Assembly: GCF_009914755.1 (NCBI RefSeq)
Contig: NC_060929.1
Origin: the human T2T-CHM13v2.0 reference genome, Homo sapiens
Length of the DNA stretch: 64,000 bases
Direction: 5' to 3' (one strand)
Shown: positions 39,232 through 53,165 of the stretch, piece after piece
Numbering within the stretch: the first letter of the stretch is position 1
How the letters are laid out: every line of letters starts with the position of its first letter
The notes under the pieces: generated by a model
The model's input: the letters and a program-made list of their open reading frames with translations, nothing else
Database searches by the model: none
What the model was told of the DNA's origin: nothing
Program-made: the position numbers and the translations under genes

Positions 39232-42007
39232 TAAGGTCTGCAGCTTCACTCCTGAAGCCAGCCAGACTACGAACCCTTACTACGAACCCATCAGCTGGAA
39301 GGAACAATTCCAGACAATTCCACACAGGAGGAAGCAACAACTCTGGATGTGCCACCTTTAGGAACTGTACCACTCACGGGAAGGTTTGCAGCTTCACTCC
39401 TGAAGTGAGCAAGACTACGAACCTACCGGGAGGAAGGAACAAATTACGGACACACCATTCTTTAAGAACTGTAACAAACCCGCGAGGGTCCGCAGCTTCA
39501 TTCTTGAAGTCAGCGAGACCAAGAACCCACTAATTCCATACGCAATGGGTTCATTTCTTTTTTTTTTTTTTTTACAAAAGTCTTCTCTGTGCTGACTTAA
39601 GGGGACACTTTGTGTCACTTCCAGGGAAGGATGCGCTGGGGTCCCGACATTCTGTCAGGGTCCAAACACCCTCGTTCCTCATCCAGGGCATGGAGCACCT
39701 GAGTAGGATGGAACATTTGGGAAAAACCCCACCTCAGTCCCAGGCCCGGCAGCCTGAGGAGATCTAAGGCTGGCTGGGCATTCGAGCTGTAAGAGCAGGG
39801 AGTGTTTACTGCACCCAGGAGAGGTGATCAGGACACAATTTCACTATTTCTGGTTGTTTTAGAATCAGGTTCCTTTGTCTCCTTATTTTACCTCAGTTAC
39901 ATTTTCCAAGATCCTAGGACTCACAGAAGGATGCAGTCGGTGGGGGCAGAGTGCTGTACCAGGGCCTCCAGACATGGTTTCTAGACACTGGCTCATGTGA
40001 TGGCACCAGGGCCCCCAGCCATGGTTTCTAGACATTTGGTCATACCATGGCCTTGGTTGATGACCCCATCCATCGGATTTCATCCTCCTCAAAACGAAAC
40101 AGAAGGTTTAGCCCAGCAGATCTCTGGAGTCTGTGATTTTCAGATGAGAGCCCAATTGATGGTGAAGCATAACAAGAGTACGGTTGATTTCATTCCTTCA
40201 GCATTCACTTATTCCATGTGTGTGTAAAGCCTGATCTGTGTTGGAGAGCTCAGCATGCAGACATGACGTGATGGAGCTGTGGCTCTACAGTTACCCCTCA
40301 CCATAGTAAACAGATGCACAATTATTTTTGATTATGTTCGTGTAATAAAGGTAGTTAAAGTTCAACATTTATCAGAAAAACATATGAGCTCTGACAGTTC
40401 ATAATTTGACATCATTTAGAACCATGGCCATAAAAGAGTCTGCAGGCACAAAGCCCGTGTCAAAAGAAGAAGGAAAGTGACCAGGTGTCTCTTACTACAG
40501 GTCCTTTGCTTATGACTTCCAGAGATTCAGTATAATTGTGCATCAGATAAACGGGCTGGAATAAAGACTCATAACTTCTTTGTCACACTTTTGACAGCTT
40601 ATTAAGCTCTAAGACAATTATGGTATTTAATTCATTGATTAGGATATGTAAATTATACCCCCAAACCTGAGCCTTTAATAGAAGCATGACAAATACCGCT
40701 GTCACTTGCCATATCACATTTTATGTGAGGTGCACAGTCAGAAAAACTGAGGTTCCAGGAGTTTAGTTCATGTTCTCAAATTCCCCCAGTTGCTGATTGG
40801 TGTCTTTGAATGTCATGCTCTGGTTTTTCTGGCTGAAATATTGGTCTTTTGTTAAAACAAAGGACATCAGCTCCAGTGCGGCTCGTGCACAGGACATGTT
40901 ATGTCCGGGTGAGCATCGGACCTCCCACTGATGGTCGGCCCCAGCAGCATAGCATCTTGAGATGAACCCCACCAGCTCCCTCACGGCAGCTGCTCCAGCA
41001 GCTGATGTTCAGTTTCCTCACTGTCCAGCTCTGCCCTGTGCTGCCTCTGCTGCCCTCTGGCTTGCAAGTTTCTCTCTGCTAGTCTATTTCCTGTCTGTTC
41101 TACTGGAGGCATCACCTGCTATCTGCACAGAGTGAACATGGGGTGACTGTCACTTGATTCCATAAGCAAATGTGGAGGGAGAGACCTCACTTGACAAAGA
41201 ATATCCATACTCAGCTATTATTAGATCATCATGGAGAGAATCAGAAGTCAAGGGTAATTGTAAGTGTCCCAAAAGGTCAAGTTTGAGAACCACAGTCTTG
41301 CAATAAACAGGGAGGAGCCCTGAACAGATCAGCATTTGTTGTGCTTAATTTGCCTGAGGCAGCTGGTATGATGAAGTGTCCTGGAGGCTGAGGCTTGAGC
41401 AGAGCTCTCACCCCATTCACTCCAGAGGGGAAAGGCAGGCGAGGTGGGGGAAAGGCAGGCAAGATGGGGGAAAGACTGGGACTGCGCCTCCTGTGCCTGC
41501 TGTTGGGGCGCAGCAGAGTCCTGAAGGCATGGCTCCTCATTCCCAGTTGAGAACCCCTTTGGCCTCCCTGGGACCCTGTTCCTGGCTTTTCGTTCCATCA
41601 GTTGGAATGAGAATGTTTATCAAAGAATGGTACTCACGTGGCTTTCAGATGTCCTTGAAGAAAAGCTGCTTTCTCCATTGTATTTATTGCAAGAGCAGGA
41701 TCACTTGAAACTTAAAGCTGAAGACTGACACGAGACTAAATTGCACAAGCCATTTCATTCCCAAGTGTCCCAGCAAATACACATGTCAAGTGATGTGAGC
41801 AGCTGTGTGTGTAGAGCTGACGCACGTCCTCTCCAACCCTTAGTGCTCCTGTGTGCTAATGAAGGATGCTGAACGCAATCATTATGGTAATGAGGAGGTG
41901 GACAGTGCAACCTCCCCTTCCCTCTGTGTTCAACAGCTTCCCACAGGGCAGGCCCCACACGTGCTGAGGCTGAGACCCAAGACTGGTGACTCAGCAGAGC
42001 AGACGAG

Positions 42008-42180
42008 CGTGTGTGTGTGTGTGTATGGATAGTGTCTTTTTGTCACAGAGAGAGGTTGGATATGTGTGTTTCAGATTTCTAGTGCATGTTTGTGATCCTG
42101 TGTGACTGTCAGTGTACTTTTGTGAGTGTTTTGTGAGAGTGAGGCCATGTTTGGTGAAAGAATGTGTGACTGTGTGTGTG
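42008..42180. repeat. (TG)n and TG-rich low-complexity tract
   Basis: gtgtgtgtgtgtgtgt followed by degenerate TG runs. Confidence 0.7.
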
Positions 42181-44919
42181 TTCTGCAGGACGCAGGAGTA
42201 AGAAGGGGATGGAGAGAGCCTCTTACAGACTCCCCGGGAAACATGGGCACTGGAATTTCACCCAATCCTTGCATACACATCTTGTTAAAGCCCCACAATG
42301 CTCTAAAAAGCTTGGGAAAGTGATGTGGCAACCCTTCAAAATGAAAAATTAGATCCCTGTAAACACAGTGCTCCTAGTGTTCCTTCTCTTCCTTGCCCTG
42401 CAGGGCCTTGATCTTGGCGTTGCTCTCAGCTGACTGCATGGGTTCCGTTATCCATGGAAAGAAAGCCAGCTAGAAACAGTTGAGCAGATCTTCTCTCTTT
42501 CTTAACTTTCATTTGTCAACCCGTCTTGGCAGTTCCTTTATACTTTCATCCTGATTGCTTCGGGTGAATAACTTTAAAAAGAAATGATTTGGAAAAGTCT
42601 GTTTATTAATTTTAGATTCTGCTTTCATACACCCATTAAAGCAACTTAAGTAACAAAATCAGCAAAAAAGCACAGAGAGATTTCTGAATTAGCCATTTCT
42701 GTTTTGCCCTGAAGAAATCCCCCATAACTGGGCACCGAGAGGTTGTTGGAAGCTCTAACCAGGGAGCTTGGCTGCCATATGTTGCCCTTGCAGGAAGAAC
42801 ATTCCTCCATCTCCTCCGGAAGTCCTCCTCTGGGAGGTTTTGCTGGGCTGCCAGGCAGAATGGGGAGGAAGTGGGGAGCAGGCAGAGGACAACGGGTGGC
42901 ACAGCCGCCTCTTCTGCCAAATCTCTCTGAGGAAACAAGTGGTGACAGCTCATGTCCCCCAGACAGCTTCTCTCAGTCCAGGACTTCCTGTCTAAGAGGG
43001 AATGCATTCACTTAGGGAGCAAGCAACCATACAGTAACAGGAAGACAGATGCGATGCTGGAACATTCCATGGATGAGAACCTCAGTTAGTGAGTCAAGAC
43101 TCAAATCTGCATCTTCAGGCTTTCATCTTGAAATGAGATTCGAGTTTTTAAAATATTGTCATCCCATATGGGAGTGCTTATCATTAAGTTTTTTAAGAAA
43201 TTGTGTCTTATTCTATGAACGTCCAAGTTCACATTAGAAAGACTATTTACTACAAACGTTTGAAACCCAAAGAGCTGTCAGTGGTAGCAAGTCAATGTGG
43301 GCGCATTCCTGAGACAATACAGCTGAGTTACAGCTGAGCTATGGCCCTAGGTAAACAAGGGCGGAGACCATTTTACCCTCTACCCGGGCCTCTGTCTTTG
43401 GCCTTGGTCTATTCTGCTGCTCTATGCAGTGGCCACTACTGCTGTTGTGTTGGGAGATGACCTACAGGGAGAAGAGTCAGAGCTGAGTCAGGAACCTCTC
43501 ACTCTGACAGATTGTGATACAACTCTGTTATTCCAAAGTATTGGCTGCTTTTTCTTTCAGGAAAAATGCAAACACCAGTCTTTCATTCATATTAATAGAT
43601 ACATTAATATGTGTAATATGTTTTGATGTCATTGAGCCTATTGAAGAATGTTGCTTATGATCTGTTTCTGTGCGGATTTTCATTTTTGTGATCTCCATGG
43701 CTTTCAAATTAAAGCCAGAGCCAAAGAGAACATACCCTGTAATACTTTAAAATGCATTTTAGTGTTCTTTCTGCCATTTTAGGTGCTTGAGATATTTTCA
43801 CTTCCACAAAAACAGCAATTGCAGCAGGTACTCTTGCCCTGAGATTTTCTTAGTGACTCAGGGCAAGAGTACCTTCTTATAGTAACCTGTAAATGGTCTA
43901 TCTTAATCACCTGTAGATGGCCTATCTTAATCTTCCTACACCAATACCCATGGGCATGTACTAGTTTTTCTCCAGCCTCAAAAGACAGTCCAAATTCTTT
44001 GCTGTTTGTGTGTGCTGCAAAGAATTGAGAAGGAAAGAACAAACTCAAGATTCTACAATCAGCACTGGAGTATTTTTATTATTAGTTTACGTAAGTTCAG
44101 ATCATGAAAATTCCTGTATTGCTTTCTGACAACCATGTTTTATATCCAGTGAGAAATGTATCTCTTTCAACAATGCTGAGAACAAGTTGAAGTGTCTTTG
44201 ATTTTTTTCATTCATTAAACGGAAAGCAGGTTGTTAGCTCTGAACAAATGCTGAAACTAATCACTAAATATTTTGTTAAGAGGAAAAAAAAAGTCAGACT
44301 TCCAAAGTGGTACATTCAGGATTCATGAGATCTAGATAAAAACAAGTGACTTTAGTGAAAGCTAGGGCTAAATTTTAAAATGTGTGTTCTGACATGGTAG
44401 AAAAGATTTTGGTTTTTGAATGTTTGGAAAATATAAGTACAGCCTGTGTTACCGTACCAATACAAAAGCTTGAAAAATCTTTTTAAAATCTACAAAACAA
44501 GCAAATTTATAATTAATAAATCATAAATTAAACTGTTATTTTTACATATCTAAATAGGGATATACTTATTTAAATATAATTAAAAATAAGAGTATTTATT
44601 ATATTGCTTAAATTAAGCACAACTATTTTAGTTTTGTTTTCACTGGTCCCATATTGTTTTGCACAACTTGATATTGGCTCTTTGTTCTGAAAAAAGTAAC
44701 TGACTTTGAAGACTTCAGAAGATTAGTTCAGAAGAATCTTGCCTATACTCAGAAAACCATTGTCTCTGAGGCAAATTTACTACTCCCAAGCATACCCCTT
44801 CTTGCTGCTGCATTTTAAGCCAAAATATAAGGTTGCTTAGTAGAAGGTGAACTGTACTGCTTAGATATTCCAATTGCTCTGTAACAAAAGAAGAATGAAG
44901 TAAATGTAGGTATTATAAC

Positions 44920-45505
44920 TGTTTTACTATTGCTGCCATGGCAGATTACCACACACTTGGAGGCTTAAAACAACAAATTTATTGTTTCCTAATTTTATAG
45001 AGCAGAAATCTAGGTAGCTTGGCTGATGTTTGTGCTCCTGGTCTCAGAAGTCTGAAATCAAGATGTCTACAGAGCTGTGTTCCTTCCTCGAAGCAGTGGA
45101 GAATCCACTTGTAAGCTTATTCTGGTTGTTGGCAGAAATCACTTCCAGGTGGATGTAGCACTGAGGTCCCCATTTCCTTCCTAGCTTTTTGGGAGATATT
45201 CTAAGCTTCTAAAGGACACCTGAATTCCCTGGCTCATCACCTCCCTCCTCTTCAAAGCCAAAGTCAAGTCTCTCTCACATTTTAAATTTCACAATATTCT
45301 TGTCTGCCTTATTTCTGTGCTTCTGCTGGAGAATGTTCTCTGCTTTTAGGGGCTCATGTGGCCTGACTCTGGATAATCCAAGCTAAATCTCCCCATCCAT
45401 AAATTTAATTGTATCTGGTAAATCCCTTTTGCCATGTAATGGAACAAATTCACAGGTTTCAGGAGCCAGGGCATGAACATCTTTGGGGAGCTGTTACTTT
45501 TTCTA
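44920..45505 (-). mobile_element. MLT1 (E-like) MaLR LTR
   Basis: ctattgctgcc..attaccacacacttggaggcttaaaacaacaaatttatt..gaacatctttgggg. Confidence 0.8.
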
Positions 45506-46249
45506 ACTGGAACTATTTTAAAGTAATACAGAAGGTCTAGCAATTGTCCCCATATAATTATCTGCCATTCTGAAATGAAATACTAGAACTTTGAGTTTAA
45601 ATTATTGGGAATTAGTTAATACTGAGCTATACTGTTTAAATATTTTGGTAAGGCGATATTTCTCATGTCGGCACCATTTCCTTAGGTTTCTTACTCCATA
45701 CGTGCATATTTTCTATATTTGTATTCTATGTAAAATACTATATATACTTATAATTAGCATATGTATATATGAGTGTACGTACTAAGGGTGTGAATTAATG
45801 GTCACTGAAAATTTACCTGTATTAAGTATTTAAATTTCTCATGATTCTTTTTCCTTTTTACTGCTCTTGGTATTTGCTGATTGTCTTTTGTTCATGTGAT
45901 CATTTATTTTTAGAATTAGCATTTATTAGCTAAGTCATTAGTAAAACTGTTAAAGGTAGTTTCACTGGAGGAAACATACCTGCATTACACATGTGAAAAA
46001 AGTCTTGCTCTTTTCTATCTATTTTCCCCAATGATGTAATGGACTATCTTAGAACTCTTACACAATGTAATACCTTAGCCCTCAACCCAAATTCTACAAT
46101 TACTCAAATTGAAAGGGAAGATGAAAGATGATAATGATTTGTATTTGCTTTATAGTGTGATCCACTTTTTTAAAGGCACAAACTTTTTGTATTCCTATTT
46201 ACTAGAATCATGTATTTAACTTTCAAATCGCAAACTGGGTTGATTCCTT

Positions 46250-46430
46250 CTTTTTAAAACCACTTTAGGGGGGAATTATTGATATATAAAAAATGGCACA
46301 CATTTAATGTGTACAACTTGGTGAATTTGGAGATAAATATACACCCATGAACCGTCACCACAGTCTTTATCATAAAGATACCCATTACCTCCTAAAGCTT
46401 CCTCCTGCCTTCTCTATTATTATTTCTTTT
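46250..46430 (-). mobile_element. L1MA/MB 3' end fragment
   Basis: catttaatgtgtacaacttggtgaatttggagataaatatacacccatgaacc. Confidence 0.7.
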
Positions 46431-47394
46431 GTCCTCATAGATCCCCCTGCCGAGAGAGCCCGACAGCTGCCCCAACCACCCATGGGTTGATTTGTAAGAA
46501 GCATATTGGAATACGGTCCTGCAGACAATAGACAGTTGCAAAATCAGGACCTGACGCTAATCCCCACTGCTTCAGAAATCTTCATTCCAAATCAACGAAA
46601 AAAGAGCGCAAACCCCAAAAAGACCTGCACTTCATAGAATGGCTTTGGCTTTTATCAAGCCACAGAGAAAATATATCAAAACCCTTGAGAATCCAAGCAA
46701 TTTTTTTGTTGCTCTAAAATTTGTCACAGTTAACATCAGAGAAGAGAAAACTTGTCTCGTTCAGGCCTACTTTCTAAAGAAAGCAGTGAAATTCAGGTCA
46801 AAATACTACCAATACTGGTTATATTCTTTTATTCTTTTTCTTTAAAAAAAGTAAATTCTATTTTCACAACAGCTTGCAATTTCTGATCAAAATAAAATGC
46901 TGATATTTAACTCATTTCCTGTAGAATGTTTCTAATGTAAGATAAATTCAGAGAAAAACACACTGAAATTAATCTATTCTAATCCACTGCTTAGCAAAAG
47001 GAAAGATTAACCAAAAAGAAAAGTACAGTGCTAAATGTTAAATGAAAAAAAAATCACCACAGAAATGACAAAAAGGAAATATTAAATACAAGAAAATCTG
47101 CCCTGAGCAAACATCGTATAAAATCATGATGTCATGATTTTATAGCATTTCCAATATCAATTGTAAAACTCTTAATTGTCTTTAATATTTTAAAAGGAGT
47201 TTAAAAATTCAGGCAAAGTGGAGAGGAAATTCCACAAATGGAGTCTCACGCCATTGACTTTGGTGCCAGAACTGGCATCAGGGACTCAGCCTCATTGTTT
47301 ATGCAATGAATCAGATGCTACTCTGCCTTGATCCAAGTGCATGACAACAACCGTAGGTGGGTGACATCACCCAGGGTAGGCTGAGGGCAGAGCC

Positions 47395-48010
<616 letters not shown>

Positions 48011-48939
48011 ACATATATAAATGACATAATGCTGAGGTATATTAAATAACTTTAAATATGATAGATGTATCTTAAAGGCAAAGTGAAATCACACATATTT
48101 TATGACTTTCAAGAGTGCTGAGTGTCTAGATGATCTCAATATTAGGAGCTGTAAATTGCTTGAGAATAGATTCACTTAGAGAAAAAAAAATCCATAAATG
48201 TTTCATCCAATCTAAGAACTTCTGTTTTCCACGAAGATCCTATCACAGGAGAGTTCTTGTTGATCTGTGAAATACTTTGAGGTGGGTGTGGAGCTCAGTT
48301 TATCAGTGATGTCAGGGGTAACTTAAATGCCCAACAGAAACAAGAATTTTGAGAGCCTAGGCACTATTCATGACAAAAGAGAGTAAGCAGTTAATATAGA
48401 AGTAGGAAAGAAAGGAAAAAAGCTGATAAAATAGGAATGGAGGTATATATTTGTATAAATGGGTGAGAGATTATCAGTGTCAGGAGACCCAGGCATTGTA
48501 ACTTCTATCTCACGCAGTAGGCGAGGTAACTCCCCATCCCCCCAGGTCTCCAGTACAGACTCTTCTACCCTGATGTATCAAATGTCTTTGATGAGGGAAA
48601 TAAAGCAGAACAAATTGTTGCTTGGACCTGAGATCATATCAGGGCAATGATATAAGGACTTCCTTAAAACACACACAAGACAATCTAATTCATGGAGATA
48701 CTACATTGACAACATAGATGGGGAAATGTAGATCTGCTAAAAATTTGGAGAGATCTGGGGAATGTTTTCAGACTTCCACAGTTGTTGGAAAGAAGGTTAG
48801 AATCAATTTTTTTCTGAACATTAGGGGTCAGGAAAACTCCACTGGCAGTGGGTTTGCTCATCCAAGTTAATAACTTGATCACAGCCATGGCCCTAGTCAT
48901 GCTAGATTCGGGAATATTCATCATAACTGTCTCCCTCAC

Positions 48940-49437
48940 CCCGGGCTGCTTCTTATTTTTCTTTGTCCTCATCCCACTCTTCACCCCTTCCCTGCACACA
49001 GGATTGATCCCTACAAGCTGCATTTCCCCTTCTCCCAAGACAGCTTTATTCTGGCAGGATTCAGCCAATAGGAAGTTCCAGCAGGAAATGAGAGTGGGAA
49101 GGAGAGGGAGAAACCAGAGCTTTTCTTCTCCTCCTTTTTTAGGTGGAGGCTGGCAGTGCCTGGGTCTCCTCTGTGTCCTTGTAGAATTCTGTGCCTGCCT
49201 TTGCCACTGGGTGGCCCCAGCCCTGGGCTCTGATGCCTGCCTCCGGTCTTCAAGCCCAGGGTGGCAACAGCTCTCTAGGATGGCTCTTCCCTGGGTGGCC
49301 TCACTCACTCCGGCATGGATGCTCAGCTTCTTCATCATGTGGATAAACAATACTGCTTAAATTATTTCTGTTTAAATGTGTCTGTCTGAAACACACAAAA
49401 TAATTTTCTTTTTCTTTTTTAGACCCTCATTGATAAA
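48940..49437 (+). mobile_element. Ancient ERVL LTR (LTR33/LTR41-like)
   Basis: ttcagccaataggaagttccagcaggaaatgagag..; 3' end agaccctcattgataaa. Confidence 0.5.
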
Positions 49438-50499
49438 TTGCTTATGCCCAAAGGTCTCAAGCAAGCCCGCATGAGAAATATATACTAGTGTTTCGCTTTA
49501 GATACTGTATTTCAACCAATATCTTTCTCTGAATGTAATACAAGAAGGCCATCTGAAGCAATAAGTATGGCATTTATTCTAAATATGTGAAAGATAAGGT
49601 AGCTATGGAATACAAAAGTTTTACTAACCCCTTGAACAAACAGGAAAAGGGCAATAAAGCCTTTCATTCATTCATCCATTCATTGCTGCATTCATGCATG
49701 TATTTAACAACATTTGCTAGCACCTTCCATGAATCAGAAATTCTCCTTTTTTTGTTTTTGGAGGAAAGATTAGGGATCTGTGCCCAGGGATTGATGATAG
49801 TAAAATAAACAAACAAAATTAGTTTCTGGCAAAATTGGTTCAGATTCAATTGCAGGAGAAGAGAATAAACAGATAATTCTATGACTCCCATCCTCCCACC
49901 ACACTCACTACCACATACCCATTAGTGCCAGGAGAGAAGGAAGGAACTCCTAAGACATTTCTCATCAAATACACAGAAATCTGGTTTTAAATAAATATTT
50001 GTTATTTCCCGAGGGTTTACTCTTATTGCAATTTAGTTTTCTGCATCTTCTGTTTGACTTTCTTAAGGCTGTTTGATGTTCAAGCCACAAATTCTGCAAG
50101 CCCTGTGGTCTCAAAGTTGTTGAGGGACTGAAGTCCATGCTTTCGTGATAATCTGATTGATCACACATACAGCAGATACATGTGTACTCTACAAAGGTAT
50201 CAGAACATCCATATAGCAAGACCTATTTTTAAATTGGCTACATCATGTGTTTCCTTTTCTAATTCACTGAATATTTCCCAGAGAGGAAATACATTGACAT
50301 TTGATATTGCATAGATGTATCTGTGTACCACCAAAACATACTAGTTCATTTAATTTCAAATTGATTACCATCGGAGCTATAACCTACATCTTCTATGGAA
50401 TGCTATGGTATGAATCAAACCTCAAGGAAGCACAACTGTGATCACTGTCCTGTGGATCACCCCAGCATCTGGGGGACTCTGGAGAGGCAGAAAAATTCC

Positions 50500-51002
50500 T
50501 ATAATCTATAGCAAACCTGCCTAGGAAACCAACCCATGATCTACAGTAACCAGCCGAGGAAGCCAGCCTTCTCTCTCCAAATCAGACTTGTAGGAAGGCA
50601 GGGCACTCTCTCTAGCAGTGATATGGGAAACCAAACAATAACACCTGTAACAATTGGCCCAAAATGGCCAGGACTTGATTGTTAATGAGCAGTTTCCCTA
50701 ACTTTTGTCCCTGCTTCAAACTTAGGACCAACTAGAAAAAAGGCAAATATGCTCCTAACCCATCTGGTAAAACACCTGCTTTTCCTTAGTCCACCTGCAC
50801 CTTCCCCAGGCCAACATCCTCCAGTCAGGGCACACCTAGAGCCTTCTTTCTTCACCCCCATGAAACTTTCCAGATCTTCTGCCTGTCTTGGAGTCTCTGG
50901 TAAATGCAGGTGGCATTGGTTGAATCTCTTACTCTACTCTGAGAAGCTCTGAATAAGTAGCCTTTGCTGTTCTTATTTGATTGGTCTTCATTTATTTCCA
51001 CA
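50500..51002 (+). mobile_element. ERV1 LTR, MER90-like
   Basis: aatggccaggacttgatt..aacttaggaccaac..ttggtcttcatttatttccaca. Confidence 0.72.
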
Positions 51003-51664
51003 TTGGGTTGGTCTTCATTTATTTCCACATAGGATTTCTCTACTTTCTCTTTTCACCTACATTGAGTTTGCTAGATATAACATTCATTATTATGAATGAG
51101 ACATTTGTGTTTTTAAAACCAGATTGTCTGAGCTTCAGCAAGCCACTTTAGAGAGAGGTTGTGAAACTGCTTATCATAGAGTCTTAGCTCTAAGCCTGAA
51201 TACATCTAACAAGTACAATAAAAGAACAACAAGGGATTCCTTCCTAGTGGTCTGTGCCATTTGGGCTAAGAAAAAAATTAGATATTAGTGGGACAAAAGC
51301 TAAAGAGATAAAATTAGAAAGTGCCAAGAGAACAACTCTGTGGTACAATGGAGGTAGACCAATAACTATCATAGTTCAGGAGAGGGTGGGGAGGACATGG
51401 GGTAGGTCTGGAAGCCCCACTGGAGAGGACTAGTAACAACAAGCATTGGTCCAGTCTTAGTAGAGATTAAAGAAGAATTTCATAGCCTATGCCACAGATT
51501 TAAAAGGATCTGTGGTGGAAGGGCAAGGTGATCTGTTTTGTGATGCTCTAAAATACCAAACAAGACATTATGTTGAACGTGGATGAAGAAAAAATACATT
51601 TAACCCTTAAAATATCGAAATATTTGAAATGTGAATTTTGGTGGGCATTAGGTGGATGATTTCT

Positions 51665-52249
51665 TATTTTTAACTTTTATTTTAGTTCAGGGGTACATGT
51701 GCAGGTTTGTTACGTAGGTAAACTTGTGACATGGGGGTTTGTTGTACGGATTATTTTATCACCAACATACTAAGCCTAATACCCATTAGTTATTTTTCTT
51801 GATTCTCTCCCTCCTCTCACTCTCCACCCTCCAATAGACCCCAGTGTGTGTTGTTCCACTCTATAAGTCCATGGGTTCTCATCATTACACTCTCACTTAT
51901 AAGGGAGAACATGTAGTATTTGGATTTCTGTTCCTGTGATTGTTTGCTAAGGGTAATGGCCTCCAGCTCCAGCCATATCCTTGCAAAGGACATGACCTCT
52001 TTATTTTTTATGGCTGCATAGTATTCTATGGTTTATATGTACCACATTTTCTTTAACCAGTCTATCATTGATAGACATTTAGGTTGATTCCATATATTTA
52101 CTATTGTGAATAGTGCTGCAATGAACATATGCATGCATGTGTCTTTATAATAGAACAATTTGTATTCCTTTGGGTATATACCAAGTAATGGGATTGCTGG
52201 GTCAAATACTATTTCTGTCTTTAGCTCTTTGAGGAATTGCCACACTGTC
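51665..52249 (-). mobile_element. 5'-truncated L1PA (mid-age)
   Basis: ggggtacatgtgcaggtttgttac; ORF2 C-terminus ([16 protein letters not shown]); TSD ttaggt(t)ggatgatttct. Confidence 0.92.
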
Positions 52250-52884
52250 TTAGGTTGGATGATTTCTAAAAACTCATATATCTCTAAGATTTTACATTTC
52301 TACTTAACTACAATTATTGTACTGAGATAATAAATAGCCAAATGTTATAGAGAAAAGTACAGATGTGATGTTTATAAAATAAAGACTGTATATTTTTCAG
52401 TTAGTTGTAACTATCAGCAGAATTCAAAGCCTACAGGTATGTGGGGACACTCTGACCCACTTCCGCCTTGTGAATATATCCTCAGTGCAAGCTCAGGGAT
52501 CATGCCAGATGGGTGGCAATCACCCTCCACTGTCCTCAGCACCATAGTCAGAACTATGTATTCCATTTCTGGGTTCTCCCTGCACAAGACAAGGCCTCAC
52601 AGGAGACTAACCAGAATGGCCACACACAGCATTGCCATAAGAGGTTGAAAGAAGATGAAAGGTTTAAGGCAATTGGCAGGTTTAGCCTCAGTAGCAAATG
52701 ACTTAGAGAAATTTCATCTGAATCCCTGTTTTGGAAAATTGTTACGTGAAATGCAAATCTCTTCTTACCTATGTGTAGTTCCACTGAACAAAACTATGGC
52801 CACGTTTGGAATTCAGGGAGGAAAACTGACAGTCAGTAGTAGGAAGAGATTTATAAGAAGGTCTATATATTTCTTATAAGCTTT

Positions 52885-53165
52885 ATAAGAAGACATGATG
52901 AATAAATTTGATATTTATCCCATATTAGATCCTGGAACAGAAAAAAACACATCAGAGAAAAACTTTTTATAATCCAAATAAAGTATAGTGTTAATAATAA
53001 TATAACAATATTGGTTCACTAGTTGTGACAAGTATACTATAAAACATATGACCTTAACAACAAGAGAAATGGAACATAGAGTATACAGGAACTCTCCAAA
53101 CTATCTTTGCATTTTCTCTGTAAATCTAAAAGTATTGTAAAATTTAATGTTCATTTAAAAAAATA
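52885..53165 (+). mobile_element. L1MC/ME 3' end
   Basis: gatcctggaacagaaaa..ggaactctc..ctgtaaatctaaaa. Confidence 0.7.

Noticed and set aside
48685-49360. Overlapping 221-aa (-) and 170-aa (+) ORFs
   Set aside because: Largely within an ancient LTR-like GC-richer tract; no recognisable domain.
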